A program made the position numbers and the translations under genes. Shown piece after piece: positions 1 through 11,759 of a stretch of DNA of 64,000 nt (positions are counted from its first letter, which is position 1; each line of letters starts with the position of its first letter). Origin of the DNA: Paramoeba atlantica (Eukaryota; Protista; Discosea); contig CDRNVI010000026.1 of NCBI GenBank assembly GCA_977017575.1, positions 558,001 through 622,000 of the forward strand, given 5' to 3'. The notes under the pieces were generated by a model. That model did no database searches. It was not told the DNA's origin and worked only from the letters and a program-made list of their open reading frames with translations.

Positions 1-2139
1 AAACAAAGGTCTTCAAAAAAACAAAGGTCTTCAAAAAAAGAAAGGTCTTCAAAAAAAACAACGGTCTTCAAAAACAAAGGTCTTCAAAAAAACAAAGGTC
101 TTCAAAAAGTCAAAAGGTCTTCAAAAAAAAAGGTCTTCAAAAAAACAAAGGTCTTCAAAAAAACAAAGGTCTTCGAAAAAACAAAGGTCTTCAAAAAAAC
201 AAAGGTCTTCAAAAAAACAAAGGTCTTCAAAAAAAAAAAGGTCTTCAAAAAAACAAAGGTCTTCAAAAAAACAAAGGTCTTCAAAAACAAAGGTCTTCAA
301 AAAAACAAAGGTCTTCAAAAAAACAAAGGTCTTCAAAAAAAAAAAGGTCTTCAAAAAAACAAAGGTCTTCAAAAAAAACAAAGGTCTTCAAAAACAAAGG
401 TCTTCAAAAAAACAAAGGTCTTCAAAAAAACAAAGGTCTTCAAAAAAAGAAAGGTCTTCAAAAAAAACAACGGTCTTCAAAAACAAAGGTCTTCAAAAAA
501 ACAAAGGTCTTCAAAAAGTCAAAAGGTCTTCAAAAAAAAAGGTCTTCAAAAAAACAAAGGTCTTCAAAAAAACAAAGGTCTTCAAAAAAACAAAGGTCTT
601 CAAAAAAACAAAGGTCTTCAAAAAAAACAAAGGTCATCAAAAAAACATAGGTCTTCAAAAAAACAAAGGTCTTCAAAAAAAAAAAGGTCTTCAAAAAAAC
701 AAAGGTCTTCAAAAACAAAGGTCTTCAAAAAAACAAAGGTCTTCAAAAAAACAAAGGTCTTCAAAAAAACAAAGGTCTTCAAAAACAAAGGTCTTCAAAA
801 AAACAAAGGTCTTCAAAAAAACAAAGGTCTTCAAAAAAACAAAGGTCTTCAAAAAAACAAAGGTCTTCAAAAAAAACAAAGGTCTTCAAAAACAAAGGTC
901 TTCAAAAAAACAAAGGTCTTCAAAAAAACAAAGGTCTTCAAAAAAAGAAAGGTCTTCAAAAAAAACAACGGTCTTCAAAAACAAAGGTCTTCAAAAAAAC
1001 AAAGGTCTTCAAAAAGTCAAAATGTCTTCAAAAAAAAAGGTCTTCAAAAAAACAAAGGTCTTCAAAAAAACAAAGGTCTTCGAAAAAACAAAGGTCTTCA
1101 AAAAAACAAAGGTCTTCAAAAAAACAAAGGTCTTCAAAAAAACAAAGGTCTTCAAAAAAACAAAGGTCTTCAAAAAAACATAGGTCTTCAAAAAAACAAA
1201 GGTCTTCAAAAAAACAAAGGTCTTCAAAAACAAAGGTCTTCAAAAAAACAAAGGTCTTCAAAAAAACAAAGGTCTTCAAAAAAAGAAAGGTCTTCAAAAA
1301 AAACAAAGGTCTTCAAAAACAAAGGTCTTCAAAAAAACAAAGGTCTTCAAAAAGTCAAAAGGTCTTCAAAAAAAAAGGTCTTCAAAAAAACAAAGGTCTT
1401 CAAAAAGTCAAAAGGTCTTCAAAAAAAAAGGTCTTCAAAAAAACAAAGGTCTTCAAAAAAACAAAAGGTCTTCAAAAAAAGAAAGGTCTTCAAAAAAACA
1501 AAGGTCTTTAAAAAAAAATAAGGTCTTCGAAAAAACAAAGGTCTTCAAAAAAACAAAGGTCTTCAAAAAAACAAAGGTCTTCAAAAAAAACAAAGGTCAT
1601 CAAAAAAACATAGGTCTTCAAAAAAACAAAGGTCTTCAAAAAAAAAAAGGTCTTCAAAAAAACAAAGGTCTTCAAAAAAACAAAGGTCTTCAAAAACAAA
1701 GGTCTTCAAAAAAACAAAGGTCTTCAAAAAAACAAAGGTCTTCAAAAAAACAAAGGTCTTCAAAAAAACAAAGGTCTTCAAAAAAAACAAAGGTCTTCAA
1801 AAACAAAGGTCTTCAAAAAAACAAAGGTCTTCAAAAAAACAAAGGTCTTCAAAAAAAGAAAGGTCTTCAAAAAAAACAACGGTCTTCAAAAACAAAGGTC
1901 TTCAAAAAAACAAAGGTCTTCAAAAAGTCAAAAGGTCTTCAAAAAAAAAGGTCTTCAAAAAAACAAAGGTCTTCAAAAAAACAAAGGTCTTCGAAAAAAC
2001 AAAGGTCTTCAAAAAAACAAAGGTCTTCAAAAAAACAAAGGTCTTCAAAAAAACAAAGGTCTTCAAAAAAACAAAGGTCTTCAAAAAAACATAGGTCTTC
2101 AAAAAAACAAAGGTCTTCAAAAAAACAAAGGTCTTCAAA

Positions 2140-5100
2140 AAAACAAAGGTCTTCAAAAAAACAAAGGTCTTCAAAAACAAAGGTCTTAAAAAAAACAAAG
2201 GTCTTCAAAAAAACAAAGGTCTTCAAAAAAAGAAAGGTCTTCAAAAAAAACAAAGGTCTTCAAAAACAAAGGTCTTCAAAAAAACAAAGGTCTTCAAAAA
2301 GTCAAAAGGTCTTCAAAAAAAAAGGTCTTCAAAAAAACAAAGGTCTTCAAAAAAACAAAGGTCTTCAAAAAAACAAAAGGTCTTCAAAAAAAGAATGGTC
2401 TTCAAAAAAACAAAGGTCTTCAAAAAAACAAAGGTCTTCAAAAAAACAAAGGTCTTCAAAAAAACAAAGGTCTTCAAAAAAACAAAGGTCTTCAAAAAAA
2501 CAAAGGTCTTCAAAAAAACATAGGTCTTCAAAAAAACAAAGGTCTTCAAAAAAACAAAGGTCTTCGAAAAAACAAAGGTCTTCAAAAAAACAAAGGTCTT
2601 CAAAAAAACAAAGGTCTTCAAAAAAACAAAGGTCTTCAAAAAAACAAAGGTCTTCAAAAAAACATAGGTCTTCAAAAAAACATAGGTCTTCAAAAAAACA
2701 AAGGTCTTCAAAAAAACAAAGGTCTTCAAAAAAACAAAGGTCTTCAAAAAAAAAAAGGTCTTCAAAAAAACAAAGGTCTTCAAAAAAACAAAGGTCTTCA
2801 AAAACAAAGGTCTTCAAAAAAACAAAGGTCTTCAAAAAAACAAAGGTCTTCAAAAAAAAAAAGGTCTTCAAAAAAACAAAGGTCTTCAAAAAAAACAAAG
2901 GTCTTCAAAAACAAAGGTCTTCAAAAAAACAAAGGTCTTCAAAAAAACAAAGGTCTTCAAAAAAAGAAAGGTCTTCAAAAAAAACAACGGTCTTCAAAAA
3001 CAAAGGTCTTCAAAAAAACAAAGGTCTTCAAAAAGTCAAAAGGTCTTCAAAAAAAAAGGTCTTCAAAAAAACAAAGGTCTTCAAAAAAACAAAGGTCTTC
3101 GAAAAAACAAAGGTCTTCAAAAAAAGATAGGTCTTCAAAAAAACAAAGGTCTTCAAAAAAACAAAGGTCTTCAAAAAAACAAAGGTCTTCAAAAAAAACA
3201 AAAGTCTTCAAAAACAAAGGTCTTCAAAAAAACAAAGGTCTTCAAAAAGTCAAAAGGTCTTCAAAAAAAAAGGTCTTCAAAAAAACAAAGGTCTTCAAAA
3301 AAACAAAGGTCTTCAAAAAAACAAAAGGTCTTCAAAAAAAGAATGGTCTTCAAAAAAACAAAGGTCTTCAAAAAAACAAAGGTCTTCAAAAAAACAAAGG
3401 TCTTCAAAAAAACAAAGGTCTTCAAAAAAACAAAGGTCTTCAAAAAAACAAAGGTCTTCAAAAAAACAAAGGTCTTCAAAAAAACAAAGGTCTTCAAAAA
3501 AACAAAGGTCTTCAAAAAAACAAAAGGTCTTCAAAAAAAGAATGGTCTTCAAAAAAACAAAGGTCTTCAAAAAAACAAAGGTCTTCAAAAAAACAAAGGT
3601 CTTCAAAAAAACAAAGGTCTTCAAAAAAACAAAGGTCTTCAAAAAAACAAAGGTCTTCAAAAAAACAAAGGTCTTCAAAAAAACATAGGTCTTCAAAAAA
3701 ACAAAGGTCTTCAAAAAAACAAAGGTCTTCAAAAAAACAAAGGTCTTCAAAAAAAACAAAGGTCTTCAAAAAAACAAAGGTCTTCAAAAACAAAGGTCTT
3801 AAAAAAAACAAAGGTCTTCAAAAAAACAAAGGTCTTCAAAAAAAGAAAGGTCTTCAAAAAAAACAAAGGTCTTCAAAAACAAAGGTCTTCAAAAAAACAA
3901 AGGTCTTCAAAAAGTCAAAAGGTCTTCAAAAAAAAAGGTCTTCAAAAAAACAAAGGTCTTCAAAAAAACAAAGGTCTTCAAAAAAACAAAAGGTCTTCAA
4001 AAAAAGAATGGTCTTCAAAAAAACAAAGGTCTTCAAAAAAACAAAGGTCTTCAAAAAAACAAAGGTCTTCAAAAAAACAAAGGTCTTCAAAAAAACAAAG
4101 GTCTTCAAAAAAACAAAGGTCTTCAAAAAAACATAGGTCTTCAAAAAAACAAAGGTCTTCAAAAAAACAAAGGTCTTCGAAAAAACAAAGGTCTTCAAAA
4201 AAACAAAGGTCTTCAAAAAAACAAAGGTCTTCAAAAAAACAAAGGTCTTCAAAAAAACAAAGGTCTTCAAAAAAACATAGGTCTTCAAAAAAACATAGGT
4301 CTTCAAAAAAACAAAGGTCTTCAAAAAAACAAAGGTCTTCAAAAAAACAAAGGTCTTCAAAAAAAAAAAGGTCTTCAAAAAAACAAAGGTCTTCAAAAAA
4401 ACAAAGGTCTTCAAAAACAAAGGTCTTCAAAAAAACAAAGGTCTTCAAAAAAACAAAGGTCTTCAAAAAAAAAAAGGTCTTCAAAAAAACAAAGGTCTTC
4501 AAAAAAAACAAAGGTCTTCAAAAACAAAGGTCTTCAAAAAAACAAAGGTCTTCAAAAAAACAAAGGTCTTCAAAAAAAGAAAGGTCTTCAAAAAAAACAA
4601 CGGTCTTCAAAAACAAAGGTCTTCAAAAAAACAAAGGTCTTCAAAAAGTCAAAAGGTCTTCAAAAAAAAAGGTCTTCAAAAAAACAAAGGTCTTCAAAAA
4701 AACAAAGGTCTTCGAAAAAACAAAGGTCTTCAAAAAAAGATAGGTCTTCAAAAAAACAAAGGTCTTCAAAAAAACAAAGGTCTTCAAAAAAACAAAGGTC
4801 TTCAAAAAAAACAAAAGTCTTCAAAAACAAAGGTCTTCAAAAAAACAAAGGTCTTCAAAAAGTCAAAAGGTCTTCAAAAAAAAAGGTCTTCAAAAAAACA
4901 AAGGTCTTCAAAAAAACAAAGGTCTTCAAAAAAACAAAAGGTCTTCAAAAAAAGAATGGTCTTCAAAAAAACAAAGGTCTTCAAAAAAACAAAGGTCTTC
5001 AAAAAAACAAAGGTCTTCAAAAAAACAAAGGTCTTCAAAAAAACAAAGGTCTTCAAAAAAACAAAGGTCTTCAAAAAAACAAAGGTCTTCAAAAAAACAA

Positions 5101-5375
5101 AGGTCTTCAAAAAAACAAAGGTCTTCAAAAAAACAAAAGGTCTTCAAAAAAAGAATGGTCTTCAAAAAAACAAAGGTCTTCAAAAAAACAAAGGTCTTCA
5201 AAAAAACAAAGGTCTTCAAAAAAACAAAGGTCTTCAAAAAAACAAAGGTCTTCAAAAAAACAAAGGTCTTCAAAAAAACAAAGGTCTTCAAAAAAACATA
5301 GGTCTTCAAAAAAACAAAGGTCTTCAAAAAAACAAAGGTCTTCAAAAAAACAAAGGTCTTCAAAAAAAACAAAGG
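2140..5375 (+). repeat. Tandem duplication, period 1613 bp (about 2 copies)
   Basis: Marker pairs: GGTCTTA 2188/3801, GAATGG 2393/4006, 3341/4954 and 3540/5153, CAACGG 2985/4598, GATAGG 3126/4739. ORF pairs 2313/3926 and 3261/4874 have the same offset. Confidence 0.92.
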
Positions 5376-8300
5376 TCATCAAAAAAACAAAGGTCTTCAA
5401 AAAAACAAAGGTCTTCAAAAAAAAAAAGGTCTTCAAAAAAACAAAGGTCTTCAAAAAAACAAAGGTCTTCAAAAAAACAAAGGTCTTCAAAAACAAAGGT
5501 CTTCAAAAAAACAAAGGTCTTCAAAAAAACAAAGGTCTTCAAAAAAACAAAGGTCTTCAAAAACAAAGGTCTTCAAAAAAACAAAGGTCTTCAAAAACAA
5601 AGGTCTTCAAAAAAACATAGGTCTTCAAAAAAACAAAGCTCTTCAAAAAAACAAAGGTCTTCAAAAAAACAAAGGTCTTCAAAAAAACAAAGGTCTTCAA
5701 AAACAAAGGTCTTCAAAAAAACATAGGTCTTCAAAAAAAAAGGTCTTCAAAAAAACAAAGGTCTTCAAAAAAACAAAGGTCTTCAAAAAAACAAAAGGTC
5801 TTCAAAAAAAGAAAGGTCTTCAAAAAAACAAAGGTCTTCAAAAAAACAAAGGTCTTCAAAAAAACAAAGGTCTTCAAAAAAACAAAGGTCTTCAAAAAAA
5901 CAAAGGTCTTCAAAAAAACAAAGGTCTTCAAAAAAACAAAGGTCTTCAAAAAAACATAGGTCTTCAAAAAAACAAAGGTCTTCAAAAAAACAAAGGTCTT
6001 CAAAAAAACAAAGGTCTTCAAAAAAAACGAAGGTCATCAAAAAAACAAAGGTCTTCAAAAAAACAAAGGTCTTCAAAAAAAAAAGGTCTTCAAAAAAACA
6101 AAGGTCTTCAAAAAAACAAAGGTCTTCAAAAAAACAAAGGTCTTCAAAAACAAAGGTCTTCAAAAAAACAAAGGTCTTCAAAAAAACAAAGGTCTTCAAA
6201 AAAACAAAGGTCTTCAAAAAAACAAAGGTCTTCAAAAAGTCAAAAGGTCTTCAAAAAAAAAGGTCTTCAAAAAAACAAAGGTCTTCAAAAAAACAAAGGT
6301 CTTCAAAAAAACAAAAGGTCTTCAAAAAAAGAAAGGTCTTCAAAAAAACAAAGGTCTTCAAAAAAACAAAGGTCTTCAAAAAAACAAAGGTCTTCAAAAA
6401 AACAAAGGCCTTCAAAAAAAAAAGGTCTTCAAAAAAACAAAGGTCTTCAAAAAAACAAAGGTCTTCAAAAAAACAAAGGTCTTCAAAAAAACAAAGGTCT
6501 TCAAAAACAAAGGTCTTCAAAAAAACAAAGGTCTTCAAAAAAACAAAGGTCTTCAAAAAAACATAGGTCTTCAAAAAAACAAAGGTCTTCAAAAAAACAA
6601 AGGTCTTCAAAAAAACAAAGGTCTTCAAAAAAAGAAAGGTCTTCAAAAAAACAAAGGTCTTCAAAAAAACAAACGTCTTCAAAAAAACAAAGGTCTTCAA
6701 AAAAACATAGGTCTTCAAAAAAACAAAGGTCTTCAAAAAAACAAAGGTCTTCAAAAAAACAAAGGTCTTCAAAAAAACAAAGGCCTTCAAAAAAACAAAG
6801 GTCCTCAAAAAAACAAAGGTCTTCAAAAAAACAAAGGTCTTCAAAAAAACAAAGGTCTTCAAAAAAAAAAAGGTCTTCAAAAAAACAAAGGTCTTCAAAA
6901 AAACAAAGGTCTTCAAAAAAACAAAGGTCTTCAAAAACAAAGGTCTTCAAAAAAACAAAGGTCTTCGAAAAAACAAAGGTCTTCAAAAAAACAAAGGTCT
7001 TCAAAAAAACAAAGGTCTTCAAAAAAACAAAGGTCTTCAAAAAAACAAAGGTCTTCAAAAAAACAAAGGTCTTCAAAAAAACAAAGGTCTTCAAAAAAAC
7101 AAAGATCTTCAAAAAAAGAAAGGTCTTCAAAAAAAACAAAGGTCTTCAAAAACAAAGGTCTTCAAAAAAACAAAGGTCTTCAAAAAGTCAAAAGGTCTTC
7201 AAAAAAAAAGGTCTTCAAAAAAACAAAGGTCTTCAAAAAAACAAAAGGTCTTCAAAAAAAGAAAGGTCTTCAAAAAAACAAAGGTCTTTAAAAAAAAATA
7301 AGGTCTTCGAAAAAACAAAGGTCTTCAAAAAAACAAAGGTCTTCAAAAAAACAAAGGTCTTCAAAAAAACAAAGGTCTTCAAAAAAACATAGGTCTTCAA
7401 AAAAACAAAGGTCATCAAAAAAACAAAGGTCTTCAAAAAAACAAAGGTCTTCAAAAAAAAAAAGGTCTTCAAAAAAACAAAGGTCTTCAAAAAAACAAAG
7501 GTCTTCAAAAAAACAAAGGTCTTCAAAAAAACATAGGTCTTCAAAAAAACAAAGGTCTTCAAAAAAACAAAGGTCTTCAAAAAAACAAAGGTCTTCAAAA
7601 AAACAAAAGGTCTTCAAAAAAAGAAAGGTCTTCAAAAAAACAAAGGTCTTCAAAAAAACAAAGGTCTTCAAAAAAACAAAGGTCTTCAAAAAAACAAAGG
7701 TCTTCAAAAAAAACAAAGGTCATCAAAAAAACAAAGGTCTTCAAAAAAACAAAGGTCTTCAAAAAAAAAAGGTCTTCAAAAAAACAAAGGTCTTCAAAAA
7801 AACAAAGGTCTTCGAAAAAACAAAGGTCTTCAAAAAAACAAAGGTCTTCAAAAAAACAAAGGTCTTCAAAAAAACATAGGTCTTCAAAAAAACAAAGGTC
7901 TTCAAAAAAAACTAAGGTCTTCAAAAAAACAAAGGTCTTCAAAAAGTCAAAAGGTCTTCAAAAAAAAAGGTCTTCAAAAAAACAAAGGTCTTCAAAAAAA
8001 CAAAGGTCTTCAAAAAAACAAAGGTCTTCAAAAAAACAAAGGTCTTCAAAAAAACAAAGGTCTTCAAAAAAACATAGGTCTTCAAAAAAACAAAGGTCTT
8101 CAAAAAAAACTAAGGTCTTCAAAAAAACAAAGGTCTTCAAAAAGTCAAAAGGTCTTCAAAAAAAAAGGTCTTCAAAAAAACAAAGGTCTTCAAAAAAACA
8201 AAGGTCTTCAAAAAAACAAAAGGTCTTCAAAAAAAGAAAGGTCTTCAAAAAAACAAAGGTCTTCAAAAAAACAAAGGTCTTCAAAAAAACAAAGGTCTTC

Positions 8301-9249
8301 AAAAAAACAAAGGCCTTCAAAAAAACAAAGGTCCTCAAAAAAACAAAGGTCTTCAAAAAAAACAAAGGTCATCAAAAAAACAAAGGTCTTCAAAAAAACA
8401 AAGGTCTTCAAAAAAACAAAGGTCTTCAAAAAAACATAGGTCTTCGAAAAAACAAAGGTCTTCAAAAAAACAAAGGTCTTCAAAAAAACAAAGGTCTTCA
8501 AAAAAACAAAGGTCTTCAAAAAAACATAGGTCTTCAAAAAAACAAAGGTCATCAAAAAAACAAAGGTCTTCAAAAAAACAAAGGTCTTCAAAAAAACATA
8601 GGTCTTCAAAAAAACAAAGGTCTTCAAAAAAACAAAGGTCTTCAAAAAAACAAAAGTCTTCAAAAAAACAAAGGCCTTCAAAAAAACAAAGGTCCTCAAA
8701 AAAACAAAGGTCTTCAAAAAAAACAAAGGTCATCAAAAAAACAAAGGTCTTCAAAAAAACAAAGGTCTTCAAAAAAAAAATGTCTTCAAAAAAACAAAGG
8801 TCTTCATAAAAAACAAAGGTCTTCAAAAAAACAAAGGTCTTCAAAAACAAAGGTCTTCAAAAAAACGAAGGTCTTCAAAAAAACAAAGGTCTTCAAAAAA
8901 ACAAAGGTCTTCAAAAAAACAAAGGTCTTCAAAAAAACAAAGGTCTTCAAAAAAACAAAGGTCTTCAAAAAAACAAAGGTCTTCAAAAAAACAAAGGTCT
9001 TCAAAAAAACAAAGATCTTCAAAAAAAGAAAGGTCTTCAAAAAAAACAAAGGTCTTCAAAAACAAAGGTCTTCAAAAAAACAAAGGTCTTCAAAAAGTCA
9101 AAAGGTCTTCAAAAAAAAAGGTCTTCAAAAAAACAAAGGTCTTCAAAAAAACAAAAGGTCTTCAAAAAAAGAAAGGTCTTCAAAAAAACAAAGGTCTTTA
9201 AAAAAAAATAAGGTCTTCAAAAAAACAAAGGTCTTCAAAAAAGCAAAGG

Positions 9250-10850
9250 TCTTCAAAAAAACATAGGTCTTCAAAAAAACAAAGGTCATCAAAAAAACAA
9301 AGGTCTTCAAAAAAACAAAGGTCTTCAAAAAAAAAAAGGTCTTCAAAAAAACAAAGGTCTTCAAAAAAACAAAGGTCTTCAAAAAAACAAAGGTCTTCAA
9401 AAAAACAAAGGCCTTCAAAAAAACAAAGGTCCTCAAAAAAACAAAGGTCTTCAAAAAAAACAAAGGTCATCAAAAAAACAAAGGTCTTCAAAAAAACAAA
9501 GGTCTTCAAAAAAAAAAAGGTCTTCAAAAAAACAAAGGTCTTCAAAAAAACAAAGGTCTTCAAAAAAACAAAGGTCTTCAAAAACAAAGGTCTTCAAAAA
9601 AACAAAGGTCTTCAAAAAAACAAAGGTCTTCAAAAAAACAAAGGTCTTCAAAAAAACAAAGGTCTTCAAAAAAACAAAGGTCTTCAAAAAAACAAAGGTC
9701 TTCAAAAAAACAAAGGTCTTCAAAAAAACAAAGGTCTTCAAAAAAACAAAGGTCTTCAAAAAAACAAAGGTCTTCAAAAACAAAGGTCTTCAAAAAAACA
9801 AAGGTCTTCAAAAAAACAAAGGTCTTCAAAAAAAGAAAGGTCTTCAAAAAAAACAAAGGTCTTCAAAAACAAAGGTCTTCAAAAAAACAAAGGTCTTCAA
9901 AAAAACAAAGGTCTTCAAAAAAACAAAGGTCTTCAAAAACAAAGGTCTTCAAAAAAACAAAGGTCTTCAAAAAAACAAAGGTCTTCAAAAAAACAAAGGT
10001 CTTCAAAAAAACAAAGGTCTTCAAAAAAACAAAGGTCTTCAAAAAAAAAAAGGTCTTCAAAAAAACAAAGGTCTTCAAAAAAACAAAAGGTCTTCAAAAA
10101 AAGAAAGGTCTTCAAAAAAACAAAGGTCTTTAAAAAAAAATAAGGTCTTCGAAAAAACAAAGGTCTTCAAAAAAACAAAGGTCTTCAAAAAAACAAAGGT
10201 CTTCAAAAAAGCAAAGGTCTTCAAAAAAACATAGGTCTTCAAAAAAACAAAGGTCATCAAAAAAACAAAGGTCTTCAAAAAAACAAAGGTCTTCAAAAAA
10301 AAAAAGGTCTTCAAAAAAACAAAGGTCTTCAAAAAAACAAAGGTCTTCAAAAAAACAAAGGTCTTCAAAAAAACAAAGGCCTTCAAAAAAACAAAGGTCC
10401 TCAAAAAAACAAAGGTCTTCAAAAAAAACAAAGGTCATCAAAAAAACAAAGGTCTTCAAAAAAACAAAGGTCTTCAAAAAAAAAAAGGTCTTCAAAAAAA
10501 CAAAGGTCTTCAAAAAAACAAAGGTCTTCAAAAAAACAAAGGTCTTCAAAAACAAAGGTCTTCAAAAAAACAAAGGTCTTCAAAAAAACAAAGGTCTTCA
10601 AAAAAACAAAAGTCTTCAAAAAAACAAAGGTCTTCAAAAAAACAAAGGTCTTCAAAAAAACAAAGGTCTTCAAAAAAACAAAGGTCTTCAAAAAAACAAA
10701 GGTCTTCAAAAAAACAAAGGTCTTCAAAAAAACAAAGGTCTTCAAAAACAAAGGTCTTCAAAAAAACAAAGGTCTTCAAAAAAACAAAGGTCTTCAAAAA
10801 AAGAAAGGTCTTCAAAAAAAACAAAGGTCTTCAAAAACAAAGGTCTTCAA
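9250..10850 (+). repeat. Local duplication, offset 968 bp
   Basis: GGCC 9410/10378, GCAAAGG 9243/10211, ORF pair 9578/10546. Confidence 0.8.
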
Positions 10851-11671
10851 AAAGTCAAAAGGTCTTCAAAAAAAAAGGTCTTCAAAAAAACAAAGGTCTT
10901 CAAAAAAACAAAGGTCTTCAAAAAAACCAAAGGTCTTCAAAAAAAGAAAGGTCTTCAAAAAAACAAAGGTCTTCAAAAAAACAAAGGTCTTCGAAAAAAC
11001 AAAGGTCTTCAAAAAAACAAAGGTCTTCAAAAAAACAAAGGTCTTCAAAAAAACAAAGGTCTTCAAAAAAAAAGGTCTTCAAAAAAACAAAGGTCTTCAA
11101 AAAAACAAAGGTCTTCAAAAAAACAAAAGGTCTTCAAAAAAAGAAAGGTCTTCAAAAAAACAAAGGTCTTCAAAAAAACAAAGGTCTTCAAAAAAACAAA
11201 GGTCTTCGAAAAAACAAAGGTCTTCAAAAACAAAGGTCTTCAAAAAAACAAAGGTCTTCAAAAAAACAAAGGTCTTCAAAAAAACAAAGGTCTTCAAAAA
11301 AACAAAGGTCTTCAAAAAAACAAAGGTCTTCAAAAAAACAAAGGTCTTCAAAAAAACATAGGTCTTCAAAAAAACAAAGGTCTTCAAAAAAACAAAGGTC
11401 TTCAAAAAAACAAAGGTCTTCAAAAAAACAAAGGTCTTCAAAAACAAAGGTCTTCAAAAAAACAAAGGTCTTCAAAAAAACAAAGGTCTTCAAAAAAAGA
11501 AAGGTCTTCAAAAAAAACAAAGGTCTTCAAAAACAAAGGTCTTCAAAAAAACAAAGGTCTTCAAAAAGTCAAAAGGTCTTCAAAAAAAAAGGTCTTCAAA
11601 AAAACAAAGGTCTTCAAAAAAACAAAGGTCTTCAAAAAAACAAAAGGTCTTCAAAAAAAACAAAGGTCTTC

Positions 11672-11724
11672 AAAAAAACAAAAGTCTTCAAAAAAACAAA
11701 GTCTTCAAAAAATCAAAGGTCTTC
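11672..11724 (+). repeat. First copy of the 53-bp variant trio: A7CAAAAGTCTTC (G>A), A7CAAAGTCTTC (17 bp, G deleted), A6TCAAAGGTCTTC (A>T)
   Basis: Parsed directly. The trio recurs dozens of times from 11.7 kb to about 63.26 kb (visible as KTFDF in the minus-strand ORFs). It was not seen in 1-11.6 kb. Confidence 0.88.
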
Positions 11725-11759
11725 AAAAAAACAAAGGTCTTCAAAAAAACAAAGGTCTT

